The notes beneath the pieces are model-generated. The model searched no databases. It saw nothing but the letters and a program-made list of their open reading frames with translations, and had not been told where the DNA came from. A DNA stretch of 64,000 nt. It comes from Octopus sinensis (lineage: Eukaryota). Position numbers and translations under genes: made by a program. Positions 11,590-24,698 of this stretch are shown one piece after another. Position 1 is the first letter of the stretch, and every line of letters begins with the position of its first letter. The stretch spans positions 71,424,001 through 71,488,000 of the forward strand of contig NC_042999.1 of the NCBI RefSeq assembly GCF_006345805.1. The letters run 5' to 3'.

Positions 11590-13380
11590 TCCGGAGCTTG
11601 CTGGGGGTTTATACCGAGATGATTCCTTGTTCACCGTTAGGAATGTTTCTAATAGGAAATTAGATCTATATAGAAAGGAATTTCACTGGTTTTTAAAATG
11701 TAATTTCGGTTTATCTATCACCACAGAAAATGTACCAGAATCTATTAACCTTCTCGATATTAACTTTATTCTGATTACTGGTATTTACGAACCTTATCAT
11801 AAGCCTAACTCTAATCTGAAATATATTAATTCAGAAAGTAATCATCCAGGCTGAGTTAAAAAATTTCTAATTTACAATATTTCTAGGAGAATTTCTGCCT
11901 TATTTTCATGTAAGGAAGATTTTGATAAGAATGCTGATCATTATAATATAACCCTTAATAAGTCTAGTTACAATAGGGAAATTGAATACTTTGATATCTC
12001 TAGCACTGGTTATACTGATCAATCGAATCTTACTAGGCGCAAGAGTTGCTATGTGGTAAGTAGCTTGATTACCAATCACATGGTTCCGGGTTCAGTCCCA
12101 CTGCGTGGCACCTTGAGCAAATGTCTTCTACTATAGCCTTGGGCCGACCAAAGTCTTGTGAGTGGATTTGGTAGACGGAAACTGAAAGAAGCCCGTCGTA
12201 TATATGTATATGAATGTATACATGTGTGTGTGTGCTTGTGTGTCTGTGTTTGTCTAGCCAACATCGCTTCACAACCGATGCTGGTGTATTTACGTCCACA
12301 TAACTTAGCGGTTCGGCAAAAGAGACCGATAGAATAAGTACTGGGCTTACAAAGAATAAGTCCTAGGATCTATTTACTCGACTAAAGGCGGTGCTCCAGC
12401 ATGGCCGCAGTCAAATGACTGAAACAAGTAAAACAGTAAAAGAGAATGGATATGGATTTGATTTTAAAATGCTCTAAATCTAAACAGAGGAGTGTATATG
12501 GATCTGGAAATGCACATAAGAACAAAGAGAATAATCCTTTAACTCCAGTTGCTAATGTTCATAAATATAAATGGAATTACGTGCTAAAAGGTAATAATTC
12601 TAAGTTGGTCTATAAGGTTAATAATTTAGGTCATTCTAATTTAGTTCTGGACAAGAATAACATTATAAGGCATATTATTCCGTTTGCCAGTAAAGTAACT
12701 TAGTTGGTGCTGTTTATAGATTGTTTTTGAAACATTTTGATAAAAAAAAGTAGACACTATGAGATTTTGAATCCGAGATCCCTTAAGATTACTTTTTCGG
12801 TTTCTCGGAATCTATCTTAGATTATATCTTCTATTAATGAAAAGAAATTATTTGGTTTTTATCATCGTGTTAGCTCAGTTAATGTTAGCAAGATCGATTC
12901 CTTGGATGCTAATGTTATTGATTTTTCCATTAGCCAGTGTGGTAGTAATGGTTTTGATTCAAATATAAGTTTTATTAATAATGAGGAGGGTAGTTATTTG
13001 CTTAATAATAATTCAATAGTTGAAAGCACGAGTAGGGATGGAAATTCCCTTTGTGATTGTAGAAACAAAGAAAATTCTTTGGAAATTTTGCTAAACGTAA
13101 AGAAGTAGTTTATCACGCTAAATACATTTCTGAGACTAATATTTACTTTCATTTTGGTTCATACGCGAATTATATTAAGAAAAGGGTTTCGAATCATTAT
13201 CATTCCTTTAGGAACAGATATAGGGCTTCTAGCAGTCTTAGTAATTTCATCTGGAATCTTAAAGATCATAATAAAATGTTCTAGAAGATTGGTAAAAAAG
13301 TTCTGTTCCCTTTGTTCTGAAGAATTATTTTTTAATCGTTTTAAATACTTTCGTGGGTATTATTCTAAGATCCCTGTAGT
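11590..13380 (+). mobile_element. Penelope-like retroelement remnant (YRDD-type RT plus C-terminal GIY-YIG endonuclease), 5'-truncated, interrupted by a SINE
   Basis: GLYRDD at 11606-11623; YEPYHKPNSNLKYINSESNHP; NISRRISAL; linker HFDKKSRHYEILNPRSLKITFS; CDCRNKEN (13052); EVVYHA; KKRVSNHYHSFR...LSNFIWNLKD; CSLCSEE. Multiple stops and frameshifts. Confidence 0.85.
12035..12444 (+). mobile_element. SINE group A, full length, nested in the PLE
   Basis: GGCGCAAGAGTTGCTATGTGGTAAG...GGTTCAGTCCC...GAAACAAGTAAAACAGTAAAAGAG. Confidence 0.9.
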
Positions 13381-14385
13381 AGTGTCAACTGTGTTGAAGC
13401 ATTCAAAAGAGGTTTATATTTTGCAATATGTTAATGCGGCTATTTTAGGTTGCATTGTTCCTAAATTTAGAGAGGGGAATATTCTAAAGTTGGGTTGCTC
13501 ATTAGTGACTCAAATGTCGACGTGTTCATTTGATGCTATTTTCTGTTTTCCGGTATTTTAATCTGGGATCTATGTACAGTCATGCTCTGGCGTAGACTGT
13601 TTTTAGTTTGACCAATGTATTGCTCTCGACACCCTGGGCAAGTTAACACATATTCAGGTTTTCCGAAGCACATGTGAAGTTGTTTTTCACAGAAAAACGT
13701 TGACCCTGTTCGAAGGAGAACTCTGATCGCTCAATTAGTTTGACGCATATACCACAGGGCCTGTGTTAGAATACTTTTCATTGACTTGGGTCGTCTAGTG
13801 CTCGTTATGATGGTATGCATTTGGAGGATTTGATTCATTCTATGGTCCCTTTTTAATAAAGGAATGTTCTAGAGGATGGTGTCGACGGCCTCATTGTTTA
13901 GAGGTTTGTGTGTGGATATGTATTGTGGGGCTTTTAGTTGTAATTCATTCTTTAGATTGGGATATCTGAATTCATGGATATAGAGTTGTAGGGCACGTTC
14001 GAAACCTATATGAATTAAGGATGGTGGATAATTCTTGCTGATAGTGTAACTTTTAGCTCATGTAGTCGTGTGTCCTTGGTGTTTTATTCATTTACTATAG
14101 TGGTCTTTTGGGCATGTTGAAAGAGATATTAATTCTAGTGTGCCTGATGTGGCATGGGTTGAATGGTATATATTGCTTGGAGTCAGTGTTCTTACACTAT
14201 ATGTCAGTTTTTCTGTTAAATTTCTTATTGAACATGTCGAGGAATAGAAGCTGTTGATGGCTATATTCCATCGTAAATTGAATGTTTATTTCAAGTCCAT
14301 TTAAAAGTGCTTAAAATTCTTTCTCTTCATATTTTGATGCCAAAGAATGAAGCAGTCATCTAGATAACACTTCCGGTAATTTTCT
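13381..14385 (-). mobile_element. Penelope-like retroelement remnant (YLDD-type RT plus GIY-YIG), 5'-truncated
   Basis: Minus strand: YLDDCFILW (14355-14366 for YLDD), FTMEYSHQQLLFLD, TDSKQYIPFNPCH, then YVLTCPGCREQYIGQTKNSLRQSMTVHRSQI (YIG at 13611-13619). Confidence 0.88.
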
Positions 14386-14513
14386 TATTTGAAAAAGTTG
14401 AAAAGTGAGAAACCGGTACTAACCATTACTAAATGTATTTCATGATAAACTTATTTTAGCATTTTCTATCATGTCTTATTTTCCCTATTTATCGATATGA
14501 ACTTTTTACATAA

Positions 14514-14557
<44 letters not shown>

Positions 14558-14762
14558 ATATATATACACATACATACATACATACACACACACATATATA
14601 CATACATATATTCATACATACACACACACATATCTATATATGCATATATACATACACATATATTTATATAAATACTATATATATATATACTTATGGAAAT
14701 ATTTTCTTGTATACATACGTATATAATATATAATATATATAATATAAATAAATATATATATA

Positions 14763-14801
<39 letters not shown>

Positions 14802-15173
14802 TGTGTTTGTATTTGTGTATGTCTGTGAACTGTCCATATATGCATGCTTGTGTGTTTGTACAATATTTACTCTATGTCTTGCTTTCCGATATATGTACAT
14901 CAAGTTATAGATGTACTTTCTAACAAAACAATTAGGAACATTTACTTGACATGTCATTAAATATGATTATTTCAGTTATAACATCAAAGATAGTTTCCCT
15001 TCATGTTTGTCAAGTCAATAACAGATATCGATGTAGACTACTTTTGAAGATATATCAATGCGCAACAATTCATATACTTTCGCACACACAGATACACACA
15101 CTCACGCAAATATGTGTGTATTCTTATGTATATATGTATATTTTATATAGATATACATATATGTATATATATC

Positions 15174-15206
<33 letters not shown>

Positions 15207-15278
15207 TACAGATATATATATACATACATATATATATACACATATATATATAGATATATATAAATATATATATATATA

Positions 15279-15318
<40 letters not shown>

Positions 15319-15319
15319 C

Positions 15320-15353
<34 letters not shown>

Positions 15354-15534
15354 CATATATATATACATACATATATATATATGTATATACATATATATAT
15401 AACATATATATACATACATATATATATATATATATATAATATATATATACATACATACATATATATTATATATATACATATATACATATATATATATTAA
15501 ATATATATATATATATATATAAATATATATACAT

Positions 15535-15569
<35 letters not shown>

Positions 15570-15659
15570 TATATACATAGGTATATATATATGTATATAT
15601 ATATATAATACATAGGTATATATATATGTATATATATATATATAAAACGTACGTATATA

Positions 15660-15690
<31 letters not shown>

Positions 15691-15990
15691 GAAGGGTAAG
15701 GGTAAAGACCACTTTGAATGACCATGGGATGGTACCAAGAAAGTTACCCTTCGAGGCACAAGTACAAGCATGGTTGTTTATGGAAGGCCACCAGCTGCCC
15801 ATGCATACAAGCCTCCCTTCTCCACGCCACTGATGTCGTCCAAAGGACACTCAAAGCCCAATACATCTTGGCACCAGTGACGGCTGAACTCATTTCCACA
15901 GAAGAAGTTAACTGGAGCAACGTGAAATAAAGTGTCTTGCCCAAGAACACAACACATAGCCCGGTCCGGAAATCAAACTCACTACTCTAT
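15691..15990 (-). mobile_element. SINE group B, head partly lost
   Basis: Colinear with 127-467. Confidence 0.85.
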
Positions 15991-16346
15991 GACCCTTCAT
16001 AAATATATATATGATTATATACATACATGCATTACATGCATGCGTACATACATACATTCATGCATACATACATACATATCGCAGGGGCTACTCTTCCTGT
16101 CAATGCTATTGTTATCCTCTAATATGTACACATGCATTGCATTTTGCTGGTATGATTCCTGCTTCTCCTCCATGTTTTTTTTAGGTAAGTCAGTCCAGCC
16201 TCTTTTAAGTTGTACGAGACACTTGTATACATTGAGTTCCAACTCTGTAGTTCTTCCCACTTTTGGGTATGCATACATTATACTCAATTCTTTCTTTACT
16301 GTTCATCAGGTTATGTCTGAGTGACACAATGCGCCATTCAAAGGCT

Positions 16347-16681
16347 GTTTGGGCAAGTGTCTTCTACTATAGCCTCGGGCCGACAAAATCCTTCTGAGTG
16401 GATTTGGTAGACGGAAACTGAAAGAAGCCCGTCGTATATATGTATATATATATATATGTATATGTATGTGTGTGTGTGTTTGTGTGTCTGTGTTTGTCCC
16501 CCTAGCATTGCTTGACAACCGATGCTGGTGTGTTTATGTCCCCGTCACTTAGCGGTTCGGCAAAAGAGACCCGATGGAATAAGTACTGGGCTTAGAAAGA
16601 ATTAGTCCCGGGGTCGAGTTGCTCGATTAAAGGTGGTGCTCTAGCATGGCCTCAGTCAAATGACTGAAACAAGTAAAGAGA
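16347..16681 (+). mobile_element. SINE group A, 5'-truncated
   Basis: Starts at TTGGGCAAGTGTCTTC and ends GAAACAAGTAAAGAG. Confidence 0.88.
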
Positions 16682-17139
16682 GAGATATTCTCACACACAT
16701 TCGTTATATATATGCAACAGAAGCAATATTTCATTAAAATTCTGGTTCTGTGTATGACACTTAATGCAAATTTATAATGGAAAGCAAATTAACTGTGGTA
16801 TTCGTCCGGAGATAATATCCCGTATTGATTTTCTCTATTTAAAACACAAATATATGAATACCAGAAGAAAATTACCCAGCAGTGGGGGTGAGAATACTAG
16901 ATGCGCATTTCTATCTGGGTGGGTTTTGTCAGTAGCAAATACTCTATGCTTTCAACTGCATGCTCAGACAAAATTAGTTGCAAGGAAAACCTGGGCTTGA
17001 CAAACTAATGCTTTGGAAAGAAGAATACAATTATTGGAATTATTTAGAGGAGTGTTCATGCATTCGTGTTAGAAGGTTTCCTCCTGTTTACACTGGTGGT
17101 TCTAGTAGTGAAGTTTATGGTGCAACTTCCGTGCACTTT

Positions 17140-17757
17140 GACGCAAGGTGTATTAAATTAATGAAACACCTATTCATAAAGTGTAAGAGAACTCTAGCAA
17201 CGTTGAAAATACATTTAAATTAAGCTGAAGAATATATCATATACCTAGTGTGCAGTGCTGTTTTATATACTATCCTGCCTAGTCAAGGATTTTCGTGCAT
17301 GGTTATAATAATGAGCAGCATCGTTAAAGAATTTACTATCAAAAGATTAACTGGCTATACCTTTACTAATATCATTTACTAATTTTTAAGGATTATTGGA
17401 GAAATGTTGAGTAATATTAGAGTAATATCTTGTTAGGTTGTAGGAGAACGGTTATATGTCAGAAATTAACTCTGTTTCGATCCGTATATACTTGAGGTCT
17501 TTAAGTCAAACTCTATGAAAACAGATGTACTTCTTCTAAACAGCATTTATTGAGGGTGATTTAATTAATAGGCTATCATCCTAACAGAGGTCGAAATTTT
17601 CAAAGCAAAGTCTTTTACAAATTAAGTAATATAAATGCAATCATCAATTCACAAACTTTAGCCCTATCATATGATTCTATGGTTAGATAAAACAATTCCT
17701 GGTCATCATCGAATAATTTTAAACAGCTATCACATTCAACTGATATATCTTAGTATG
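17140..17757 (-). mobile_element. Highly decayed YRDD-type PLE reverse-transcriptase remnant
   Basis: Minus-strand translation LFYLTIESYDRAKVCELMIAFIL resembles FDVTMGSYDGAEVCELVGLFIL; ISPIILKN..NDISKGIA...FFNDAAHYYNHA resembles the PLE thumb region. Confidence 0.6.
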
Positions 17758-18316
17758 AATATCTGAATCACAAACTGGAATATTTTCTGTATCAAATTGT
17801 TTGTCGCAAGAGTATAGAGAGCTATACTCTTGTAAGAGTATATCGTACCAAACTGGAGCGAGGAAACATCACATGAATAAAAGTATATCGCATGTTCTGT
17901 GCGAGAGAAGTGTAAGAAGTGTAAAGATGAATGTGTGGCGCATTTTCTGACGGTCTTTCAGAATCAAAACTGAACAATTACTTATATTTCAATGTGTGTA
18001 TGAATAATTTTGCTTATATTGTGTGATGCCGCTTCCTTACATATATCGTTGGACATTCGATAAAATGAAACCTGTGTTTGATTCAAGAAGCTATGTCATT
18101 TATTCTCTCTCTTTCTCTCTATCGTTGGATAACATACGTGCTTTTCTCGGGTTATTCTTTTCCCTCACTCTGAACTTCCTCCTCCTTCCTCTCTTTGAAA
18201 AATAGTCATGCCCGAAAAAGTTTTAAGCTTTCCCTGAGCGCCAGTCTAATACATTTATTGTGTACGTCCTCTTGCTTTTTGTCGTTTTTCCTGTTTTAGT
18301 TTTTGATTTCCCTATA
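17758..18316 (+). mobile_element. PLE-type terminal repeat (pLTR-like) with decayed HHR
   Basis: Inverted homologue of 18785-19192 (e.g. TATCGTACCAAACT..ATATCGCATGTTCTGTGCGAGAGAAGT..GTCTTTCAGAAT); TTGAAAA...GAAA at 18195-18217; ends CCCTATATATA. Confidence 0.7.
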
Positions 18317-18329
18317 TATATATTTATAT

Positions 18330-18518
18330 ATAGATCATGTAGACTCATTTACATATCTTTGTAGTAAAGTGAATTCGAGCGTTTCCCTTGATGATGAAAT
18401 CATTAATCGTCTTCCAAAGGCAACCAACGCATTTGGCACACTCATCATCGCCTACAGAATGAAAGGGGCATTAAACATGACACCAAAATACAGGTCTATA
18501 AAGTTGCCATTCATTCTA
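18330..18518 (+). mobile_element. RTE-clade LINE reverse-transcriptase C-terminal fragment
   Basis: VDSFTYLCSKVNSSVSLDDEIINRLPKATNAFGTL then (frameshift) NERGIKHDTKIQVYKVA, matching the RTE/BovB motif VDKFTYLGS...IDDEV..RIAKAS.AFGRL...GI...TK..VY. Confidence 0.8.
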
Positions 18519-18685
18519 CTATATATATACATGCATACATAGGCCGAAAAAATTCCATAATCCTGAAGGAGTCGGGTTCCTATTAGAGGCCGGCGGACTT
18601 GAAGTTGCACAGAACCGAATCACACTATTGTAAATAATAATATATCAATATATAAATGTGTTGAGTACCCTTTTCGTTCATTTGT

Positions 18686-18775
<90 letters not shown>

Positions 18776-18784
18776 AAGTAAATC

Positions 18785-19192
18785 CCCAAAAAACGAAGAA
18801 CAAACACAAAACAAGCAAGCGATGACGTGGGTACATGAGAAGTATTAGCAGACGCTCAGGGAAGGAAAGAAAGATGGTTTAACGTTTCGAGCAGAGCTCT
18901 TCTTCAGAAACAGAGGAAAGTTCAATAGAAAAGAAAGGCGGAGGAAGACAATCGCCAACGATTCATATGTGGTTATATTTTGAAGGACTGTTACATTCTG
19001 AAAGACCATCAGAAAATACGCTACACATTCATCTGTACACTTCTCTACACCTCTCTATACTTCTCTCGCACAGAACATGCGATATGCTTTATTCACGTGA
19101 TATTTCCACGCCACAGTTTGGTACGATAGCTCTCTATACTCCTTTAACTAAAACTTTGATATAGACTATATTCCAGTTTGTAATTCGGATAC
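18785..19192 (-). mobile_element. PLE-type terminal repeat containing an intact-looking HHR
   Basis: Inverted homologue of 17758-18316; HHR at 18877-18911. Confidence 0.7.
18877..18911 (-). ncRNA. Minimal type I hammerhead ribozyme motif
   Basis: Reverse strand: gttt-CTGAAGA-a-gagc(tct)gctc-GAAA-cg-T-T-aaac. Stem I 4 bp, stem II 4 bp, palindromic ACGT stem III. Confidence 0.7.
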
Positions 19193-19225
19193 ACACACAC
19201 GCATCCACAACATACTCTCTTTAAT

Positions 19226-19405
19226 CTTTTATTTTGTTTCAGTCATTTGGCTGTGGCCATGCTGGGGCACCGCCTTTAGTCGAGGAAATCGACACCAGGA
19301 TGCCTAGTACTTATTCTATCGGCCTCTTTTGCTGAACCGCTAAGTTACGGGGACGTAAACACACCACCATCGGTTGGACAAACTGACACACAAACATATA
19401 CACAC

Positions 19406-19460
<55 letters not shown>

Positions 19461-19624
19461 CGACGGTCTTCTTTCCGTTTCCATATACCAAATCCACTCA
19501 CAAGGATTTGGTCGCCCTGAGGCTATAGTAGAAGACACTTGCCCAAGGCGCCACGCAGTGGGACTGAACCCGGAGCCATGTGGTTCGTAAGCAAGATACT
19601 TACCACACAGCCACTCCTACGCCT
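19226..19624 (-). mobile_element. SINE group A, full length
   Basis: Colinear reverse complement of 60843-61258. Confidence 0.9.
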
Positions 19625-20588
19625 ATATATATAGATTGACGCTAAATCTAATTTTTTTCTCCCTTTGCTTACTCATTCTGATTGAAGCGCGTAGGCTCGA
19701 AACGTAAAAGAGTTTCTCTCCTTCCTTACCGTCAAACTACTATACCTGCTTCTTGTTTATACACCTGTCTTCGTCTTCTGTTTTTCTGTAAAGTTCAGCT
19801 ATATATATCCATACACATACATATATATATAGAATTAAAATTATCCATTGGCAAAAATACTCACCTTTATCAAATTGGGAAGGATTTATACCTTTATGTT
19901 GACTTCATTCATAAGTACATTTGCTCTGATTTATATGTAAAACCATTAGTTATTGAATGCAATACAGATTGTTAACCAATACCGTGTTCATGACTCGAAT
20001 GAGAGGAAGTTTACAAGCATACTAAAGATCCCTATTTTTTACAGTAATTTGTAATCTGAATGAGAAATAGTAACCTCTTGCTCAGTAAAATATTAGTGAA
20101 GAAATATTGCTATGACAACATTACTTAATAAAATACCGGCACAAGTTAACATTAATTGATTTAAATATAATTTTACATGTCTGACAATGTCGTACCGAAG
20201 AGGATATTAATGAAATTTATATAACTTGTTTTTTCTTAAATATTTACCTGCTTCTTGTAAACCAATTTATTCATATCTGGTTGTTTAACAAAGTTCTGTG
20301 ACTGATATAGGTTACAACACCTAATATTAAAATCTATACATGTTAGACAGTTTAACGTCGATATTTGAATGTCCTCTAGAGAAACACGACCGAAGAAATC
20401 TTTAAAGTCAATAAAAAAAAAAATCAAAAGCACCACTGACCAACAAAATAATTTCAGATCGGAATTTAATATTAAAAGATTTTAAAAAATCAGATTTAAA
20501 GTCCAAAAAAAACAAAACAAAAAAGACCATACAAACGAACAAAAAATCCCAAATTTTAAATATTTTTAAAACAGCTACGCAACATCTA

Positions 20589-20622
<34 letters not shown>

Positions 20623-20748
20623 CATGTATATATATAAAATCATGTATTTTTATTTATACATACACACATACATGCACACACATATATGTATGTATATGTA
20701 GGTATATATGTAAACTATATGTATATATATATATGCATGTACATATAG

Positions 20749-20783
<35 letters not shown>

Positions 20784-20793
20784 ACACACACAC

Positions 20794-20848
<55 letters not shown>

Positions 20849-22536
20849 TAATATATAATCTACCTAAGCTTTAAGAGAATATATGTATATATACATAAAC
20901 GTACGTATAAGTATACGTACATGTATACCCGCATACACATATTCCTATGTATGTATATGTTTTGATAAAGTTTATGCGTTAAACAGGTTATTAACACCAT
21001 TGACGTAGTTTCACACTATCTGTAATATGTATTTATTTATTTTATGTATTTTTCGCAGTATCTACTTAGAGTGAGAGATGTTTTTAGCCAAGTAACAATC
21101 AACAGCAGTAGCAGCAACATCAATGAATTTTTGGCTCAAATAAAATTTTTATATTATGCCTGCAAAAACAAAACTAGACTTAAAATACGACTGATAAGTC
21201 ATCTTGTTATACAATACAACCAAAAATATAGAACATTTACATAAGTCTGCAAAACCCAAAGGCAGCACATCCTAATAAAAAACTGGTGACAGCTATCATG
21301 GCCATGATGGTTTGCTATTAGATCAAATGTTAGTTTCCTTTTCAAGGAGGATTTGAGAACAGGATAAAAGGTAAAAATAAGATCAAAGAAATACCCATTA
21401 TAATAGTTTTCTTGATATAACATGGTGTGTCCAATTTTTGTATTTTAAACAACATCAACTGTAGAACAAAATTAAAGCCATAATTGAAAGCTTTAACATA
21501 ATGAAACTATGGAAAGAAAATGCTTTCAACAGCCATAACCATGGAACGAAATTACAGACGTAATCGAAAGTTTTAATGAAACAACGTTATAAAAGTTTTA
21601 TCAATTCATACTTAGAAATTGAAACAAGAGCAAATATAAAACGTGGAATTTTCGCATATATCACTGGTCCGATACTAATACCGAGAATTGGGCACAATCA
21701 AATCCAAAGACGTATTTACAGATAGGTATTTGCAGACAGAATATTGAAGCCAGTACAGCAATAAGTGCTTAGTATGATCAGATTAATTGCAATGATTATG
21801 ATGTACAGACTGCTGCTATCTCTATGTTTCAGTTTGCAAGCAAGAAAGGTGCTGTGTTTCAAGCACAAGTTCGAGCAAACCTACGAGCAAGAGCATGCTA
21901 GGCGTGACTATACGAATTTTCATAGCATATATCAAATTATATTACTTGATATTTCCTTCAATTTGTAAAGAATGATGACAACAGGTAATTTTGAGAGGTT
22001 TGGTTGCTATATCTAATTGGTCGACTGACACTCAAATGGTGAGGCACTCAGAGACTGATACATTAATGAAACAGCCGAAAGCTTTAACCTTTAGATTATA
22101 AGTAGGAAAATGATATAAATAGCTAAATTTCAAGCTTCAATAAATGTCTTATCGGGTTATGTTGGATAATGGAGAAATTTTGACGTACTGCGGTCTCGAT
22201 GACGTTATCATTCACAGTGAACCTAATTTCAGCCGACATATGTTATGATGGACATTACAGGAAAGGAATGAAAAATAACTCTTTCTCATATCCACTGCGA
22301 CGTATAAATTCCCACGTGTATCCGAGAATGATTCTAAGAATATGAAACTCTTCATATCTTTGGTGCTGCTTAACTATCGGTGAAAACTATGGGAACGCTA
22401 TTTTCACTCACTATTGTAAGTTATTCTTTCGCTAAATACGGTCCATGATCATAAGATTCATGTGCTTTGTGGAAACGCGAGTAGCGATGCATTAAATCTT
22501 TATAAATTCCATCCAAAGATTATTGTTATTATTACT

Positions 22537-22567
<31 letters not shown>

Positions 22568-22650
22568 CATATTTATGTACATATCTATGAATGAGCGTGG
22601 ATATATATACGTATTTATATATACACATACATATGTATATTTGTATATAT

Positions 22651-22712
<62 letters not shown>

Positions 22713-22999
22713 GTGTATACATATATGTATATATGTATTATATTTTATTATATTATATCATATCCTATTACACCCGTATGCGAGCGTGTCTGCTAAGAGT
22801 TTGATGTATACTAAAGCTGAATTTCTGTAACTTTGCAAACAATCAATTCCCTGTACATGTACGAAAAGTAAAAGTTATATGCAATACATTTCCATCACCA
22901 ACGAGGCCTGCATCATTATATATGTGTGTACGAGCGTGTATTTGTGCGTGCGTGCGTGTTTGTGCAAATGTGTATATGTGTATACTGTTACTTTCGATA

Positions 23000-23072
23000 A
23001 TAATAATAATAATAATATAATAATAATAATAATAGTAATAATAATAATAATGATAATATTAATAATAATATG

Positions 23073-23115
<43 letters not shown>

Positions 23116-23222
23116 CATCATCATCATCATTGTGCGCCAAAATATGAAACCGTTATTATTCCTACTACTAACACCATTGCTACTTCTTCTATATCATCAT
23201 CATCATCTTCTTCTTCTTCTTT

Positions 23223-23290
<68 letters not shown>
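23000..23290. repeat. Compound trinucleotide tract (AAT/TAT/CAT/TCT/TAC)
   Basis: Direct reading. Confidence 0.9.
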
Positions 23291-23291
<1 letters not shown>

Positions 23292-24319
23292 GTCGCTTAG
23301 TTGAGGCTTTTGTTGTAATTGTTATTGTTATTTACAATTTGTCTACTTTTTAGGAGTCATTTCCCATTCTAGACGTCCTGGATCAATAGTCAAATCTCTC
23401 GGTGATTTTGCTTTATCTTTTTTATTTTATGCTCCAGTCAAATGACAATGACACTCAGCAAATATTCTTAATACATGCGCACAGTTGTCCTGCTTGGCTA
23501 TCGTAGAAGAAAAAAAATTTAATAAATACAAAAAATATATAAGAATGAATAAATATATATGTGAAGCAAATATCGAAGATAAATATATTGATCTCTTGCA
23601 AATACATTTTCGAGATTAATTTTATGCGCTTCTAGAGAGACAGGCTCTGAATGTTTTGAGATTTCTTAAACATAAATATTAATGCAGCTGGTCTCGGCTT
23701 TTCGGGTATGTGTGTAGTTTGACTCGAAATATACTAGGTAATGAGTCAGAACATGTACTTTGCAGAGAAAGACATATATATGTCTATGTGCATGCAAGCT
23801 AAACAAGCGTGTGACCATTTTACGCACACACACATATAAATACACACACATGCACACACACAAACACACACATGCATATATGTATGTATAAGCTTAGGAT
23901 AATTTCGTAGACTCAGACTGGAAAAAACTTCAAATTATGTGTATCATAGATACAGTTTATTGTAGGGAGAGCTCATTTTATTCCGTATGTACAATGCAAA
24001 TTTTTTTCTCTCCTTTAGAAAGAATCTGAAACGTAGATAGGCATTTTGAACATGCTCAGATACATATTCATTACACTGACACACACAGACACACAAAAAC
24101 ACACATACACACAAAAACACACATACACACACATACATAGATGGGTGAGGGCCCATGCTCTATTGGTTATGGTGTTGCACTTACCATCGGAAGATTGTGG
24201 TTTAAATTCTTGCCTAGGAATTTTGACATTTTTGATTTTGTCTTCTGAGAATTTAGGTGTTTTATCTGTAGCCGAGACATTCCTAAGCATCATATTATGA
24301 AACGAGACATTTGCTGAAT

Positions 24320-24350
<31 letters not shown>

Positions 24351-24535
24351 AAGAGTAAGTGAGTGAGTCAGAGAGAGTAAGTGTGTGTGTGTGTGTGTGT
24401 GTGTGTAAACGCACTTTAATAATTTAGTTGATATAAACTAATAAACATCGGTTGTCAAGAGATAGTAGGAGACAAACGCAGTCTCTCACACACACATACA
24501 CACACAACACATACACACACGCGCGCACACAGTAT

Positions 24536-24698
24536 GTCACTGGCTTATTTCAGTTTCCACTTACCAAATCTATTCACAAGGCTTTGGTCGGCCCGGGGCT
24601 ATTTTGTGGAAGACACTTGCCCGAGATGTCACGCAATGGGATTGAGCCCAAGATGTCTGGGCATGGAAGCAAACTACTTAACCACACAGCTATGCATG
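24536..24698 (-). mobile_element. SINE group A, 5' half
   Basis: CACAAGGCTTTGGTCGGCCCGGGGCTA..GAAGACACTTGCCC..AACCACACAGC. Confidence 0.8.

Noticed and set aside
21500-22250. Coding-like stretch resembling a DNA-transposase relic
   Set aside because: Many stops, and no diagnostic motif (piggyBac, hAT or DDE) could be matched.
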